Below are positions 9,858 to 19,034 of a stretch of 64,000 nt of DNA, in pieces (positions within the stretch are counted from its first letter, which is position 1; each line of letters opens with the position of its first letter). This DNA comes from Candidatus Moranbacteria bacterium GW2011_GWF2_35_54 (lineage in GTDB: Bacteria; Patescibacteriota; Minisyncoccia; Moranbacterales; UBA9337): contig LBQR01000003.1 of NCBI GenBank assembly GCA_000990945.1, positions 11,089 to 75,088 on the forward strand, in the 5' to 3' direction. A program made the position numbers and the translations under genes. The notes beneath the pieces are model-generated. The model had not been told where the DNA came from. It saw nothing but the letters and a program-made list of their open reading frames with translations, and ran no database searches.

Positions 9858-9956
9858 GTCTCTGCGAGTAATTTCTGTACTCGGAAATTGCGTGGCAGTC
9901 TAAGTTTTAATGTAGAAATCCTGGATTGCCACGTCGGAGTACCGACTCGCAAAGAC
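9858..9956. mobile_element. MITE-like element, family D copy 1 (TIR GTCTCTGCGAG ... CTCGCAAAGAC)
   Basis: 10/11-bp terminal inverted repeats. Internal imperfect inverted repeat gtactcggaaattgcgtggcag / ctggattgccacgtcggagtac. Second copy at 17342-17452. Confidence 0.7.
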
Positions 9957-10023
9957 AAACCCTGTTTTATCTTTAGAGAAAACTGAATAATTACAAAAAT
10001 ATGTAAAAAAATTATAAAATTTA

Positions 10024-10060
10024 CTTGACTTTTGCCGTTAAAATCTATATCCTTTTATCA
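10024..10060 (+). promoter_or_regulatory. Putative sigma-70-type promoter (TTGACT ... TATATC) for the small gene at 10109
   Basis: -35-like TTGACT and -10-like TATATC seen in sequence. Spacer slightly short. Confidence 0.3.
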
Positions 10061-10108
10061 CCTAGCTCATTTGTTTATTTACCCACTTTTACAAAGGAGG
10101 TTCATCTA

Positions 10109-10405
10109 ATGCAGCAAATCACTTGTAAAAAAACCATGTATTGGCGACAGGTTCCGCACTATTCTGGCTCTCTTACTGAAAGAAGTGAGCCTGATCCAGA
10201 ACTCGTCGAAAGAGAGCAAATTACGGAAGTATTCACGGCTGGAAAAAAATATCCCATCACTATCCAAGTAGGTGGAGGTGCTTGTGGCGACGTGGATATT
10301 GCAATCAGTGCGCAAGGCAACGACGGCAAGAATTATACGATACTAGCAGTTCATGATGCTCTTCTCTCAAATCGAAATGTCTCAAATAAATTTGTTTACA
10401 ATTAA
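10109..10405 (+). CDS. Small hypothetical protein (98 aa), own RBS and terminator
   Basis: Strong SD aaaggagg 7 nt upstream of the ATG. The longer ORF start at 10025 lacks an RBS. Confidence 0.6.
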   Translation: MQQITCKKTMYWRQVPHYSGSLTERSEPDPELVEREQITEVFTAGKKYPITIQVGGGACGDVDIAISAQGNDGKNYTILAVHDALLSNRNVSNKFVYN

Positions 10406-10433
10406 ACATCTGCTCAACGAGAAATTCCCTATG

Positions 10434-10466
10434 GCCCCGAAAAAAAATCGGGGCTTTATTATTTTA
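10434..10466 (+). terminator. Intrinsic terminator (gccccga-A8-tcggggc + T-run)
   Basis: Perfect 7-bp GC stem followed by tttattatttt. Confidence 0.7.
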
Positions 10467-10545
10467 TAAAAATTTCAATTAAATTCTCTCCCCCAAACAA
10501 CTCTTCCAACTCAGCTGTTAATTTTGTTTTATCCATAAATTTTGT

Positions 10546-11172
10546 TTATATCAAAATAACTTTTTCATCTTCAATAAAAACTGCCTGCTTATCAGTTAGA
10601 GCGATTACGGATTCCTCTTTTCTTTTTTCTTTAAACTCCTGTACATTTTTTTCTTCTTCAGCGCTATAGTGCGGAGTTATAATATACGAAATTAATCCCA
10701 ATCCTGTTAAATCAATAAGATCTACGTCGTTTATATCTGCGTTACCAATTCCTGCCGCCTCAATATCTGGTCCAGCAATAATTGAACCGGCACTTACTCC
10801 GATATAAAATTTGCCACCCTTTACTGCTGAAATTAAAACTTTATCCAAACCAGTCTTTCTCATCCTATCCAAAATATAAAAAGTATTTCCCCCGCAAACA
10901 TAATAAACATCATATTCCATCAAACTAGAAAGATCTTTTTCTTCGGAAATATTTATTTCATCATGCTTGAGTCCTATTTCCCCCAGTTCTTTACGATAAT
11001 AATCCATCCACTGCCAGTCACTCTCATCTCTAATGGTGTGAATCAAGCAGACTTTTTTATCTTTTAATGTATCAAATTGAGAAATAAAAAAATCTACAAT
11101 TTTTCTGCTAGTCATCCCATCAGAAGTAAGTAATAGTTTCATAAAATTATTTTTAAATATTAACCTTTTCAT
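10546..11172 (-). CDS. Peptidase S51 (dipeptidase E/cyanophycinase-like) family protein
   Basis: LTSDG, GGNTF and VSAGS motifs typical of the S51 family. The start may be the internal MKLLLTSDG. Confidence 0.65.
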   Translation of the reverse strand: MKRLIFKNNFMKLLLTSDGMTSRKIVDFFISQFDTLKDKKVCLIHTIRDESDWQWMDYYRKELGEIGLKHDEINISEEKDLSSLMEYDVYYVCGGNTFYILDRMRKTGLDKVLISAVKGGKFYIGVSAGSIIAGPDIEAAGIGNADINDVDLIDLTGLGLISYIITPHYSAEEEKNVQEFKEKRKEESVIALTDKQAVFIEDEKVILI

Positions 11173-11285
11173 ATCTTTATTTTATCACTCTGTGCCTCCA
11201 AAATCCAGCACAAAAAAATAAACGGCAGCTTCGCATTGTTGCGATTCTGCCGTCTCAGCCAAATAAAATTATTAGGGGATTATTC

Positions 11286-12380
11286 CTAGCATGGTAAAGG
11301 AAGATAAACTCCTGACCATTTTCTCTGGCCATGGCTCTTTTTGGTAATTTTAACCAAGGTTTCTATTTTCTCTATCTCTACTCCACTTTCTCTAGCATTT
11401 GAATGAAGAAATTTTTCCACTGTCGGAGCTTCAATGGTGGGAGTGAAACTGAATTCAACTTCTCTGACACTTCCTCCTTTTAGGATAACCTTGGCGTTAT
11501 AAACACCTTCAGCGTGCTTCGACTTCTTATCTTTTGGCTTCCAAGTTCCAATAAACTTAGAACCATCTAGGAAATCAACAGCAAACTCCGTCGTCTTACC
11601 TGCTAGTAGTTCACGAAATTTATCTATTGCCTCCTGTATCCAAAGATCTTCCTCCTGCAATAATCTTGGTTTATAACCTCCACCTTTTTCCCAATAGGTG
11701 CCGTCATGCCAATAAACAATTTTCCTCTCTTCTTTTCTTCCTCCAGAACAGCAACTTTTTTCTAAAAAAGTACGCACCCCCATACAGCGCTTCACGGTGG
11801 GAATTTTTTCAAGAAAATCCCAAACAATATATTTAGCACCAAATCTAAATTCGGGATCATCTTGGATTAAATCCAAAAAAACATAATCCCCTTGGAGCAA
11901 TTGATTGCCTTTGGCATAAAACCAAGGAGTTAAAATTCCGCATTCCACTTTTCGCAAAAAACCTTTTTGCTTAAGAATATGTTCATGATCATATGAACTT
12001 ACATAATGCCTCCACGCTTTTTTTGCATTCTCTATTGTATCAAATTCAAAAAAACAAGTTTTATCGTGAGGAACGTACTGATAAACCACTGTTCCACAAC
12101 GACCATCTGGAGGATTTTTTATTTCCAGAACTTCGATGTAACTATTGCTCCCTCCCGCATACTCATGCTGAACAATGTCATATCGAGTATGTTTTTGAAA
12201 AATATCATTTTTAACTACACCCGTTATCGGCAAACTAAGAAAGTTTACCTCTTCGATAGCTTCTGCTATGCGATCAATATCATCGGGGTGAGCAGCAAAT
12301 TGAATAATTTGGCCTGAAGCTGTTACAACTTCTCTGGAAATAAAAAGATTCAAACATTCCTTCTTGCGATTATTTTTCAT
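11286..12380 (-). CDS. Hypothetical protein (364 aa); N-terminal AHPDD motif reminiscent of LmbE/PIG-L deacetylases but otherwise unrecognised
   Basis: Long ORF with no confidently recognised domain. Confidence 0.45.
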   Translation of the reverse strand: MKNNRKKECLNLFISREVVTASGQIIQFAAHPDDIDRIAEAIEEVNFLSLPITGVVKNDIFQKHTRYDIVQHEYAGGSNSYIEVLEIKNPPDGRCGTVVYQYVPHDKTCFFEFDTIENAKKAWRHYVSSYDHEHILKQKGFLRKVECGILTPWFYAKGNQLLQGDYVFLDLIQDDPEFRFGAKYIVWDFLEKIPTVKRCMGVRTFLEKSCCSGGRKEERKIVYWHDGTYWEKGGGYKPRLLQEEDLWIQEAIDKFRELLAGKTTEFAVDFLDGSKFIGTWKPKDKKSKHAEGVYNAKVILKGGSVREVEFSFTPTIEAPTVEKFLHSNARESGVEIEKIETLVKITKKSHGQRKWSGVYLPLPC

Positions 12381-12514
12381 GATTTCTCCTTCGCTTGAAT
12401 TTTATTTAAGAATTATATTTTTTAGAGAAAAATTAAACATGACAAAGAGCTTTTTTGCGTTTTCACTAGTTTACAATTTTAACATTCAGTACCCGAAAAA
12501 GCAAGTTTATAGAG

Positions 12515-13447
12515 TTAACGAGTAAAACCTAGAATAAAAATTCCCGCTATTGCCAGCCCGGCTGACAGGAGTTTTCTGGTTGTCCCCTTGGTCTGTTTCA
12601 AAACAAAGAACTCAAATAAAATAATAAGAAATATTTGAGAATTATTAATAGCATCAATGCGCCCCACTTCTCCTCCAAAAGTATAGGCAGTGAAAGTAAA
12701 AAAATTATACAAGAAATACCCAATTGCCGAAATCATAATCGGCTTATAAGCAGAAAAATCTTTTCCCCTGATTGAATTTATAATTTTATTTCTTCCCATT
12801 ATGAAACCCCAAACAGCTATCATTAGAAATGACCAAAAAATATAAATTAGTGGGTGAATATTTGATACAATACTTTTATCTAATACATAGAGTATTCCAA
12901 AAATAATTCCAGCCACCAGTCCACAGAAATGATTTTTCTCCAAAAGAATGTTTTTATAATTTACTGCGATAATAGCCGATAAAACTAAGCCGATTCCGAT
13001 AAATTTCAAATAATTAACTGACTCGGAAAAAAATATAATCCCAAAAAAAGTAGAGACTACCGCAGACAAAGAGACGAAAATTGTTGAAATACTAATATTT
13101 TTTACCTTAAAGCTTTTTAAATAAAGAATCATCACCAAAGATCCCAAAAAACTAACCAACAAAATCTTTGGGAAAATTGCTATGTTGAAAATAGAAAAAA
13201 ATTGGTCAGATAAATCAAATATAAAAATAAAAGGTATGGTAAGAATTGATTGAAAAAGAAAAGTAAAAACAGCGCTAGCTCTAGCGCTAAAAGGGTTTTT
13301 TGAATTTAATAAATGTTGTTGTGTCAGCTCCGCTACAGCTAGCGCAAAAACTGAAAGAATACTAAAAATAAACCAAGTCATTTGTTTGTTTAACGCTAAA
13401 ATATTATACTTTAATTCTACCATCCCACACTCCCAAAATCCATACAA
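12515..13447 (-). CDS. DMT-superfamily (EamA-like) membrane transporter
   Basis: ~10 hydrophobic helices in two halves. Confidence 0.6.
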   Translation of the reverse strand: MYGFWECGMVELKYNILALNKQMTWFIFSILSVFALAVAELTQQHLLNSKNPFSARASAVFTFLFQSILTIPFIFIFDLSDQFFSIFNIAIFPKILLVSFLGSLVMILYLKSFKVKNISISTIFVSLSAVVSTFFGIIFFSESVNYLKFIGIGLVLSAIIAVNYKNILLEKNHFCGLVAGIIFGILYVLDKSIVSNIHPLIYIFWSFLMIAVWGFIMGRNKIINSIRGKDFSAYKPIMISAIGYFLYNFFTFTAYTFGGEVGRIDAINNSQIFLIILFEFFVLKQTKGTTRKLLSAGLAIAGIFILGFTR

Positions 13448-13493
13448 ACAAAAAAACCGCTAAATTAATTAGCAGTTTTTTGTTTGATAAAGC

Positions 13494-14216
13494 TTAACCA
13501 ACTAAGCTTTTATAGTTTCTGGCCCAGTATTGAATTTGTGAGGCATACCATTCATACTGGCTTGAAGTTGATCCGGAGAGATACATCTTCGAAGCATTTC
13601 TTTCCGCCCACACATCGTGTTCGACTACGCCAGGAACGTCAGCTACTTTGAGCGCCATTGCTAGCACCCCATGGCGCACGTTCCAAGGATCAGGATTATC
13701 TGTCCCGACAATCTCTGAAATTTCATCTTTGTATTCCATCCAGGTATCGGGCATGAATTGTGGAATACCCATTGCTCCACCAGTTCCTGCATAAGGAGGG
13801 TTACAAGAAACTTTTAATTTCTCATAATCATATCCCAAGTTATCCGCGATATCCTGGATAATTTCTTTTCGTTCTTGAAAAGTTTCCCAAGCCTGTTCGC
13901 TCAAAAACCCTCTTTGATGAGAATTTTGCGCACCCTCCACCACCTCTTGGAAAGTACATTGTCCGGTATTTTTTCCCAAGTTAGATTCAACCACCAGCAT
14001 CCCCATTAAAAAGTCTTTGCGTACCCCGGTTATCCGGCTGGCAAATTCCACTTGTTTCTCAACTTCTTTTGGATCAGGATTATTATTGGGAATCTTTTTC
14101 CCTTCTGCTATTATTAATCCTCGTTTTTCTACTATTTGATCAATTTTATTATCATCGGAATCCTTGGCCTGAATCGAAGCGATCGGCACAAGACCCAGCA
14201 AAATAATCACATACAT
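13494..14216 (-). CDS. Secreted lytic transglycosylase (SLT domain)
   Basis: Signal peptide. SLT-like ESNLGKNTGQC ... AGTGGAMGIPQFMPDTW. Confidence 0.7.
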   Translation of the reverse strand: MYVIILLGLVPIASIQAKDSDDNKIDQIVEKRGLIIAEGKKIPNNNPDPKEVEKQVEFASRITGVRKDFLMGMLVVESNLGKNTGQCTFQEVVEGAQNSHQRGFLSEQAWETFQERKEIIQDIADNLGYDYEKLKVSCNPPYAGTGGAMGIPQFMPDTWMEYKDEISEIVGTDNPDPWNVRHGVLAMALKVADVPGVVEHDVWAERNASKMYLSGSTSSQYEWYASQIQYWARNYKSLVG

Positions 14217-14651
14217 TAAATTAATTAAACGTCTACTTATTTTTTGTCTACAAATATGTTTACTTTTAATAATTAGCTTGCCCTCTCAATTTACCCCATC
14301 TCAAGCTGAGACAAGGCACCTAGGGCTATTAAATTTCTATTCAATTGTACTATGCCAATAAAAAAATTCCTTATGGGAATTATATCTTTATGGTGCTGTC
14401 TATTATACCCTTTTTACCAAATCTCGTCAAGTTTTTTTGCTCTACAGTTAAACTTTACATTTATTAAGATAGTTGTGAAAATTTTTAAGATCTCCAACCT
14501 AAGGACATGGTCATCAATCAAAAGCCATCCGTCATCAAAGTTAAAATGTACTTCGATGACTGATTGCGGATGACAAATGGCTTTTGACTTGATTGTTTTT
14601 ATGGTTTAATGCTAAATTGTTTTAATGTTATTTTGTTATTATGTTAACGTA

Positions 14652-15998
14652 CTAAAGTGCATTAAGTTCTTCTAATATCACTTTTCTATCATTCCAGAGA
14701 ATTTTTTTATCACCCACCACCATTGATTCCTCGGCGCCCATCCCTGTTACCGCAATGATATCATCAGCTTGCGCAATATTTAAAGCAAAACGAATTGCCT
14801 CTCGCCTATCCATAATCCTCCAACAATTAACTCCTTCTTTTTTCTTATTAGAAATTTTGTCATTTCCGACAACCCCTTTAAACACTTCATTTATAATATT
14901 CTCAGGATTTTCCCTATACGGTTCATCATTAGTCACGATAACAAAATCCGCATATCGTGCCACAATCTCACCAATGATAGGCCTCTTGCCACGATCTCGC
15001 TCTCCGCAAGCGCCAAAAACTGCAATAATTCTAGCTTCGGGTTTTTTAATTTTTGCCAGTAAAGAATACAATTTTTTCAAAGCTTCAGGCGTCAATGCAA
15101 AATCCACTAAAATATTTAGCCCTTTTTCATTGGGTACATATTCCATCCTGCCAGGGACACCTTTGATTTTTTCGATAGCCTTAGCGCAAGTCTCCAAACT
15201 AATTCCTTCCGAAATTCCCACACTGATTGCCGCTAAAGCGTTTTCGATATTAAAATCTCCTACCAGATTTAAAGTGAATTTTGAACCTTGCCTGCCGGCA
15301 GGCAGGTTTTGAATTTTGAATTTTGAATAGTTTATTCCAAGTTCAATGTCTTCGGCAATAACAGGAGTTAGTTTGCAACTTGTAGTTTGTAGTTTGTAGT
15401 TTTCATTCTTTAAACTATAACCAAAAATTTCTCTAGCCTTACAGTCTAGATATTCTTCCGGTTTCTCCATATCTAAGTTTACAATCGCCGTTTCCACTTT
15501 ATCAAAAAGCTTTCTTTTGGCTTGGCGGTATTTTTTCATGGTCTTGTGATAGTCTAAATGTTCGCGCGTTACATTGGTAATTACGGCTGTTTTATAATTA
15601 ATCCCCCATACGCGATGTTGATCTAATGAATGTGAGGAAGTTTCTAAAACTAAATATTCACAGTTAGCATCCACCGCTTGCCTAATAAATTTTTGCACTG
15701 CAAAAGCTGACAATGTGGTAAAATGTGAAAGATTGGTCCATTCTTTTTCGTTAAGTTTAAAATTAATCGTCGAAGCCATGGCTACTTTTCTCGCCCCGAG
15801 TCCAGAGTTAGGATTTTCGGGGCTGTCTGCCTCTTCTAAAATTTTAGTTATTATTTGAACTGTGGTAGTTTTTCCATCCGTGCCGGTTACTCCGATAACT
15901 TTTATTTTCCTGCTTGGAAAACCAAACCAAATATTGGCCAAGATAGCTTGAAACAAATGATAAATATTTTTTAAACTTTGAGGTATTAATTTCTTCAT
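14652..15998 (-). CDS. murE: Mur ligase, MurE-like (UDP-MurNAc-tripeptide synthetase)
   Basis: GVTGTDGKTTT P-loop, LETSSHSL, NVTREHLDYH, VDFALTPEAL, GRMEY. Confidence 0.7.
   Translation of the reverse strand: MKKLIPQSLKNIYHLFQAILANIWFGFPSRKIKVIGVTGTDGKTTTVQIITKILEEADSPENPNSGLGARKVAMASTINFKLNEKEWTNLSHFTTLSAFAVQKFIRQAVDANCEYLVLETSSHSLDQHRVWGINYKTAVITNVTREHLDYHKTMKKYRQAKRKLFDKVETAIVNLDMEKPEEYLDCKAREIFGYSLKNENYKLQTTSCKLTPVIAEDIELGINYSKFKIQNLPAGRQGSKFTLNLVGDFNIENALAAISVGISEGISLETCAKAIEKIKGVPGRMEYVPNEKGLNILVDFALTPEALKKLYSLLAKIKKPEARIIAVFGACGERDRGKRPIIGEIVARYADFVIVTNDEPYRENPENIINEVFKGVVGNDKISNKKKEGVNCWRIMDRREAIRFALNIAQADDIIAVTGMGAEESMVVGDKKILWNDRKVILEELNAL
15284..15308. repeat. GC-rich palindrome (aacc-t-tgcctgcc|ggcaggcaggtt) flanked by gaattttgaa direct repeats, lying in-frame inside murE-like CDS
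   Basis: Seen in sequence. Encodes LPAGRQG flanked by duplicated SKFKIQN/SKFTLN. Confidence 0.6.
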
Positions 15999-16006
15999 AA
16001 TATAGT

Positions 16007-16093
16007 CTTCTCCCCCTCCCTCTTGCCTGCCCCGTCAGATATTTTTCTGACTGGGGTACCCAAGGGGGAGGTGCCTGAAAGGCGGAGGGGGTT
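16007..16093. repeat. Family R copy 2 (extended variant with internal ccccgtcaga...tctgactgggg hairpin)
   Basis: Shares the ctccccctccc ... gggggag ... ggcggagggggt core. Confidence 0.75.
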
Positions 16094-16096
16094 TCT

Positions 16097-16120
16097 TTTA
16101 GCACGTTAGCATATTAATGA
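16097..16120 (-). promoter_or_regulatory. Upstream motif TAATATGCTAACGTGCTAA (gene-sense), upstream of murE-like gene
   Basis: One of 7 sites of this motif in the window. Confidence 0.5.
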
Positions 16121-16139
16121 TAAAATAAAGGACTCCCTG

Positions 16140-16226
16140 TGTCATCTCGAGCGCAACGACAGTGGAGTCGAGAGATCTAACAAATTTTATTTTTTGAGTA
16201 CAAAAATATATCCGGTCGAAATGACA
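16140..16226. mobile_element. MITE-like element, family C copy 1 (TIR TGTCATCTCGAGC ... GGTCGAAATGACA)
   Basis: 11/13-bp TIRs. A second longer copy at 52830-52944 shares the core gtcatctcgagcg.aacgacagtggagtcgagagatcta. Confidence 0.7.
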
Positions 16227-16330
16227 TGCTAAATTTTAAAAACTTCCCCTTTATTCTATCCCACTTTAAAAATATTTCCAAGGAAATTTTAAAGGGCGGG
16301 AAATGACTGCTGTCATCTCCCGCCCCGTTC

Positions 16331-16921
16331 TCAATATCGCTTTCGGCCTCCATGCTGAGAGCGATCAAACTCCTTATGATACATTTTCTCGTAATAACCA
16401 ACCAGATCTGGAAGGCTATAAGGAGGGTCAAATATCTCCCTCTTTGCATCCCGCTTGGCTTTCTCTCTAACCGAAAGTTTGCATTCCGACATAAAAACAT
16501 CGTAATACACCTGCTCCAGCTCCCGAGACAATCCAGTTGGTAAATCGTAACGAAGTTCACGAGCATCCTGCCTTGCTTTCATTTCAAGTTTCTCAGCTCG
16601 TTGAGCAAATTCTCCATACTCCGGATTCTTTGCTCGGTAATCCGTCACCCCCTGCTCGTATTCTCTGTGGCGATACTCATTAAAATCTCGCCGATTGGAA
16701 TATTTTTCGAAGCTTTCATATGCCCTCTCGTATTCCTCGTGATACTTTCCGGGAACACCTTCATATGACATACGTCCAGCTCTGGCATGCTTCTCTGCCA
16801 AATCTATGGCAAGCTGATATTCTTGATCATCCTTTAACCGGCGTGCATCTATTTTTTCATCACGCCTTCCTTTGTTATAGTCAGGCCCTCCTATTTCTTC
16901 CGTGATAACCATTTTCATCAT
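16331..16921 (-). CDS. Hypothetical highly charged (E/R/Y-rich) protein, in a locally GC-richer islet
   Basis: ORF; composition differs from its surroundings. No recognised domain. Confidence 0.45.
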   Translation of the reverse strand: MMKMVITEEIGGPDYNKGRRDEKIDARRLKDDQEYQLAIDLAEKHARAGRMSYEGVPGKYHEEYERAYESFEKYSNRRDFNEYRHREYEQGVTDYRAKNPEYGEFAQRAEKLEMKARQDARELRYDLPTGLSRELEQVYYDVFMSECKLSVREKAKRDAKREIFDPPYSLPDLVGYYEKMYHKEFDRSQHGGRKRY

Positions 16922-17156
16922 ACACTTCCGCCCCTACTCCAACACCATTGAAGGAAACAGAGCCCTTAATTCCATCATTGGGAATGTGGGTTTTTTTAAC
17001 CTGAAGACCCCCAGTACCATTTTTTTGAGAAGAATCAATCTTCTCCTGCTCGGCTTTATATTCAGTCCAAGACTTCTCCGGCAACATTCCCGCACAACCA
17101 TACAAAAATGACATGGATAGAAACAAACCAATCAGCGCTATTATGTTTTTTACCAT
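16881..17156 (-). CDS. Putative lipoprotein (lipobox LYGC)
   Basis: Signal peptide plus LYGCAG lipobox. Confidence 0.5.
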   Translation of the reverse strand: MVKNIIALIGLFLSMSFLYGCAGMLPEKSWTEYKAEQEKIDSSQKNGTGGLQVKKTHIPNDGIKGSVSFNGVGVGAEVYDENGYHGRNRRA

Positions 17157-17341
17157 ATTGAGGCCCTCCTTGAGCCTGTTTTCATTGAAAAATTTCGTAT
17201 AATCCCCAAATCTATTAAGATTTTGGAGATATTTGTCAAATTTACTATTTCATATCAGTATACCATATTTGACATTAAATGTCAAATTTTGCACGGGTAA
17301 CTCTTCACTGACCCCCCCCCTTCTCATATCTTTTTTTACCC

Positions 17342-17452
17342 GTCTCTGCGAGTAATTTTTGTACTCAAAAATTGCGTGGCAGTCTATAGAATATAATATA
17401 CAATTCAATCTGGGTCCTGGATTGCCACGACGGAGTACCGTCTCGCAAAGAC
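17342..17452. mobile_element. MITE-like element, family D copy 2, inserted within a flanking perfect inverted repeat cactgacccc/ggggtcagtg
   Basis: Same TIRs as 9858-9956. Confidence 0.7.
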
Positions 17453-17662
17453 AAACCTGTTTGTGCCGTAAAGGGGTCAGTGAGGAATTACTTTGCACGG
17501 CGTAGTCTGCTGTTTTAGCTTTATCCATAGTTTCATAATAAAAACAGGGTAGCCAAAATTTTTTGACTCCCTGTCTCACTTGCATCAAAGAAATTTCTTT
17601 ATATTATTATTTTACCCGAGGTGTAGCACCTACACCTCGGGTATTATTTGAGCAAACCCCAA

Positions 17663-17845
17663 TCAACACCTGGAAGCATTACCACTAGAATTTCTAGCAC
17701 CTCTTTCCGTTTCAAATTTCAAGCACACATATGCGCATGTATCCACTGAATTTTGAATCGTTTTAGAGCTTATATGCCCCCATTGAACCTCTGTGCCCGT
17801 ATCATCGAAAAGAACCACCCATTTTTCATCATCTTTTTTTTCCAT
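17663..17845 (-). CDS. Small hypothetical protein (60 aa), paralog of 17890-18105 (shared W.VLF...WG.I core)
   Basis: RBS aaaggag and -10 gtataat upstream of ATG(MEKKDD). Confidence 0.5.
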   Translation of the reverse strand: MEKKDDEKWVVLFDDTGTEVQWGHISSKTIQNSVDTCAYVCLKFETERGARNSSGNASRC

Positions 17846-17889
17846 AACACCATCTCCTTTTACATTATACCCTCGCATATAATTTCTTC

Positions 17890-18105
17890 TCACTCGTCAT
17901 TTTTAATCATTGCATCAAATGCTTCTTGTGCGCTAAGCGCAGATTCACACTCGAAAACCAGCCTTCTTGGATATTGCCCCCTATTCTCAAAAATAACCAT
18001 ATCATCCTTGTGACCTATTATCTCGCCCCAACAGAATGGCTGATTATTAGCGTTAAAAAGAACTCCCCACTCTCCATCACCTTTAACAATAGCGATATTA
18101 TTCAT
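17890..18105 (-). CDS. Small hypothetical protein (71 aa), paralog of 17663-17845
   Basis: Strong SD aagaggagg upstream of ATG(MNNIAIVKGDGEWGVLF). Confidence 0.5.
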   Translation of the reverse strand: MNNIAIVKGDGEWGVLFNANNQPFCWGEIIGHKDDMVIFENRGQYPRRLVFECESALSAQEAFDAMIKNDE

Positions 18106-18289
18106 TGTTTTTCCTCCTCTTATTTTAACAACAAAAAAAATCGCCCATTTTTTTAGGCGACCAGCTTCTTTGTCTATCAATTTTTATCCAAACAATTAGA
18201 AACAAGCTCGCCCTAAGCGATTATTATTGTTATTATTTGGATTTGATTGATAAATTCTCTTCATACTTTGATTATATATCTTTTGGATT

Positions 18290-18892
18290 TTATGTCAAAC
18301 AAAAATTATCATATTCTTTTTTCCACTGAATATTTCCTTTCTTGAATTCTATTTTTAACTTTCTTTTAACTATTTTCAATGTCTCCAACAATTCAGGAAA
18401 TTCTCCCACGGCTTTATCAGCATAATTAGCGATAAACTCTGGTTTATCATAAATTTTGTATCCACTTTCGGCAAGTTGAGTCAAAGTTTCAATTTTATCC
18501 AGAGCTTTCACAAATTTCGCTTCCCTGGTTTTATTTTCGTTATATTCATTTTGCAAAGCAGTGATTTCTTTTCCTACTAACGCGGGAAGAGTCTGTTGAA
18601 TTTTCTCAACTGCCCTAGCTTCTTGAATTTCTTTTTCTTCTTTAGAAATTTTTCCCTCGGCGATTAAGATCGCGTCAATATCTCCGGTCAAAGCTTCGGC
18701 CATAACATCAATTTCCAGCTTTAACTCATCAGCTAGCATGAATATCATTAAAGCTAATCGCCAAGAATGTTCAGCCGTTGATTCCTGTCGGCCCGAGGTT
18801 GTTTTATTATAGCGCAAAGTTGATTTTAATTTTTCTGCTACCTCTAAAAAATCAAAAATCTTTTCTAAATTTTCTAAATTATTTCCATTCAT
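18290..18892 (-). CDS. HD-domain 5'-deoxynucleotidase (YfbR-like)
   Basis: ESTAEHSWRLALM ... D.D motifs of the YfbR/HDDC2 family. Confidence 0.65.
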   Translation of the reverse strand: MNGNNLENLEKIFDFLEVAEKLKSTLRYNKTTSGRQESTAEHSWRLALMIFMLADELKLEIDVMAEALTGDIDAILIAEGKISKEEKEIQEARAVEKIQQTLPALVGKEITALQNEYNENKTREAKFVKALDKIETLTQLAESGYKIYDKPEFIANYADKAVGEFPELLETLKIVKRKLKIEFKKGNIQWKKEYDNFCLT

Positions 18893-19034
18893 AAAGTTTC
18901 AACTCTATCTTAATTTTTTTAATATTTTACAATTGTTTCAAGTGTATCTTAAAATTTTACGTTTATCAACAATTATATTTTTCATGTATTTTCCGATAAA
19001 ATCAGCCCCGATATCTTTAAATTAGCGACTCTTA

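Noticed and set aside
14217-14651. Possible ncRNA in the 430-bp spacer (imperfect long hairpin 14511-14600)
   Set aside because: The hairpin is imperfect. No conserved RNase P/tmRNA/SRP/6S signature motifs are recognisable by eye. Left unannotated.
15844-16104. 86-aa ORF on minus strand
   Set aside because: Its sequence is encoded by repeat R2 and the murE-like 5' region. No RBS. Spurious.
17250-17588. 112-aa ORF
   Set aside because: Spans MITE D2 and its flanking palindrome. Compositionally random. Spurious.
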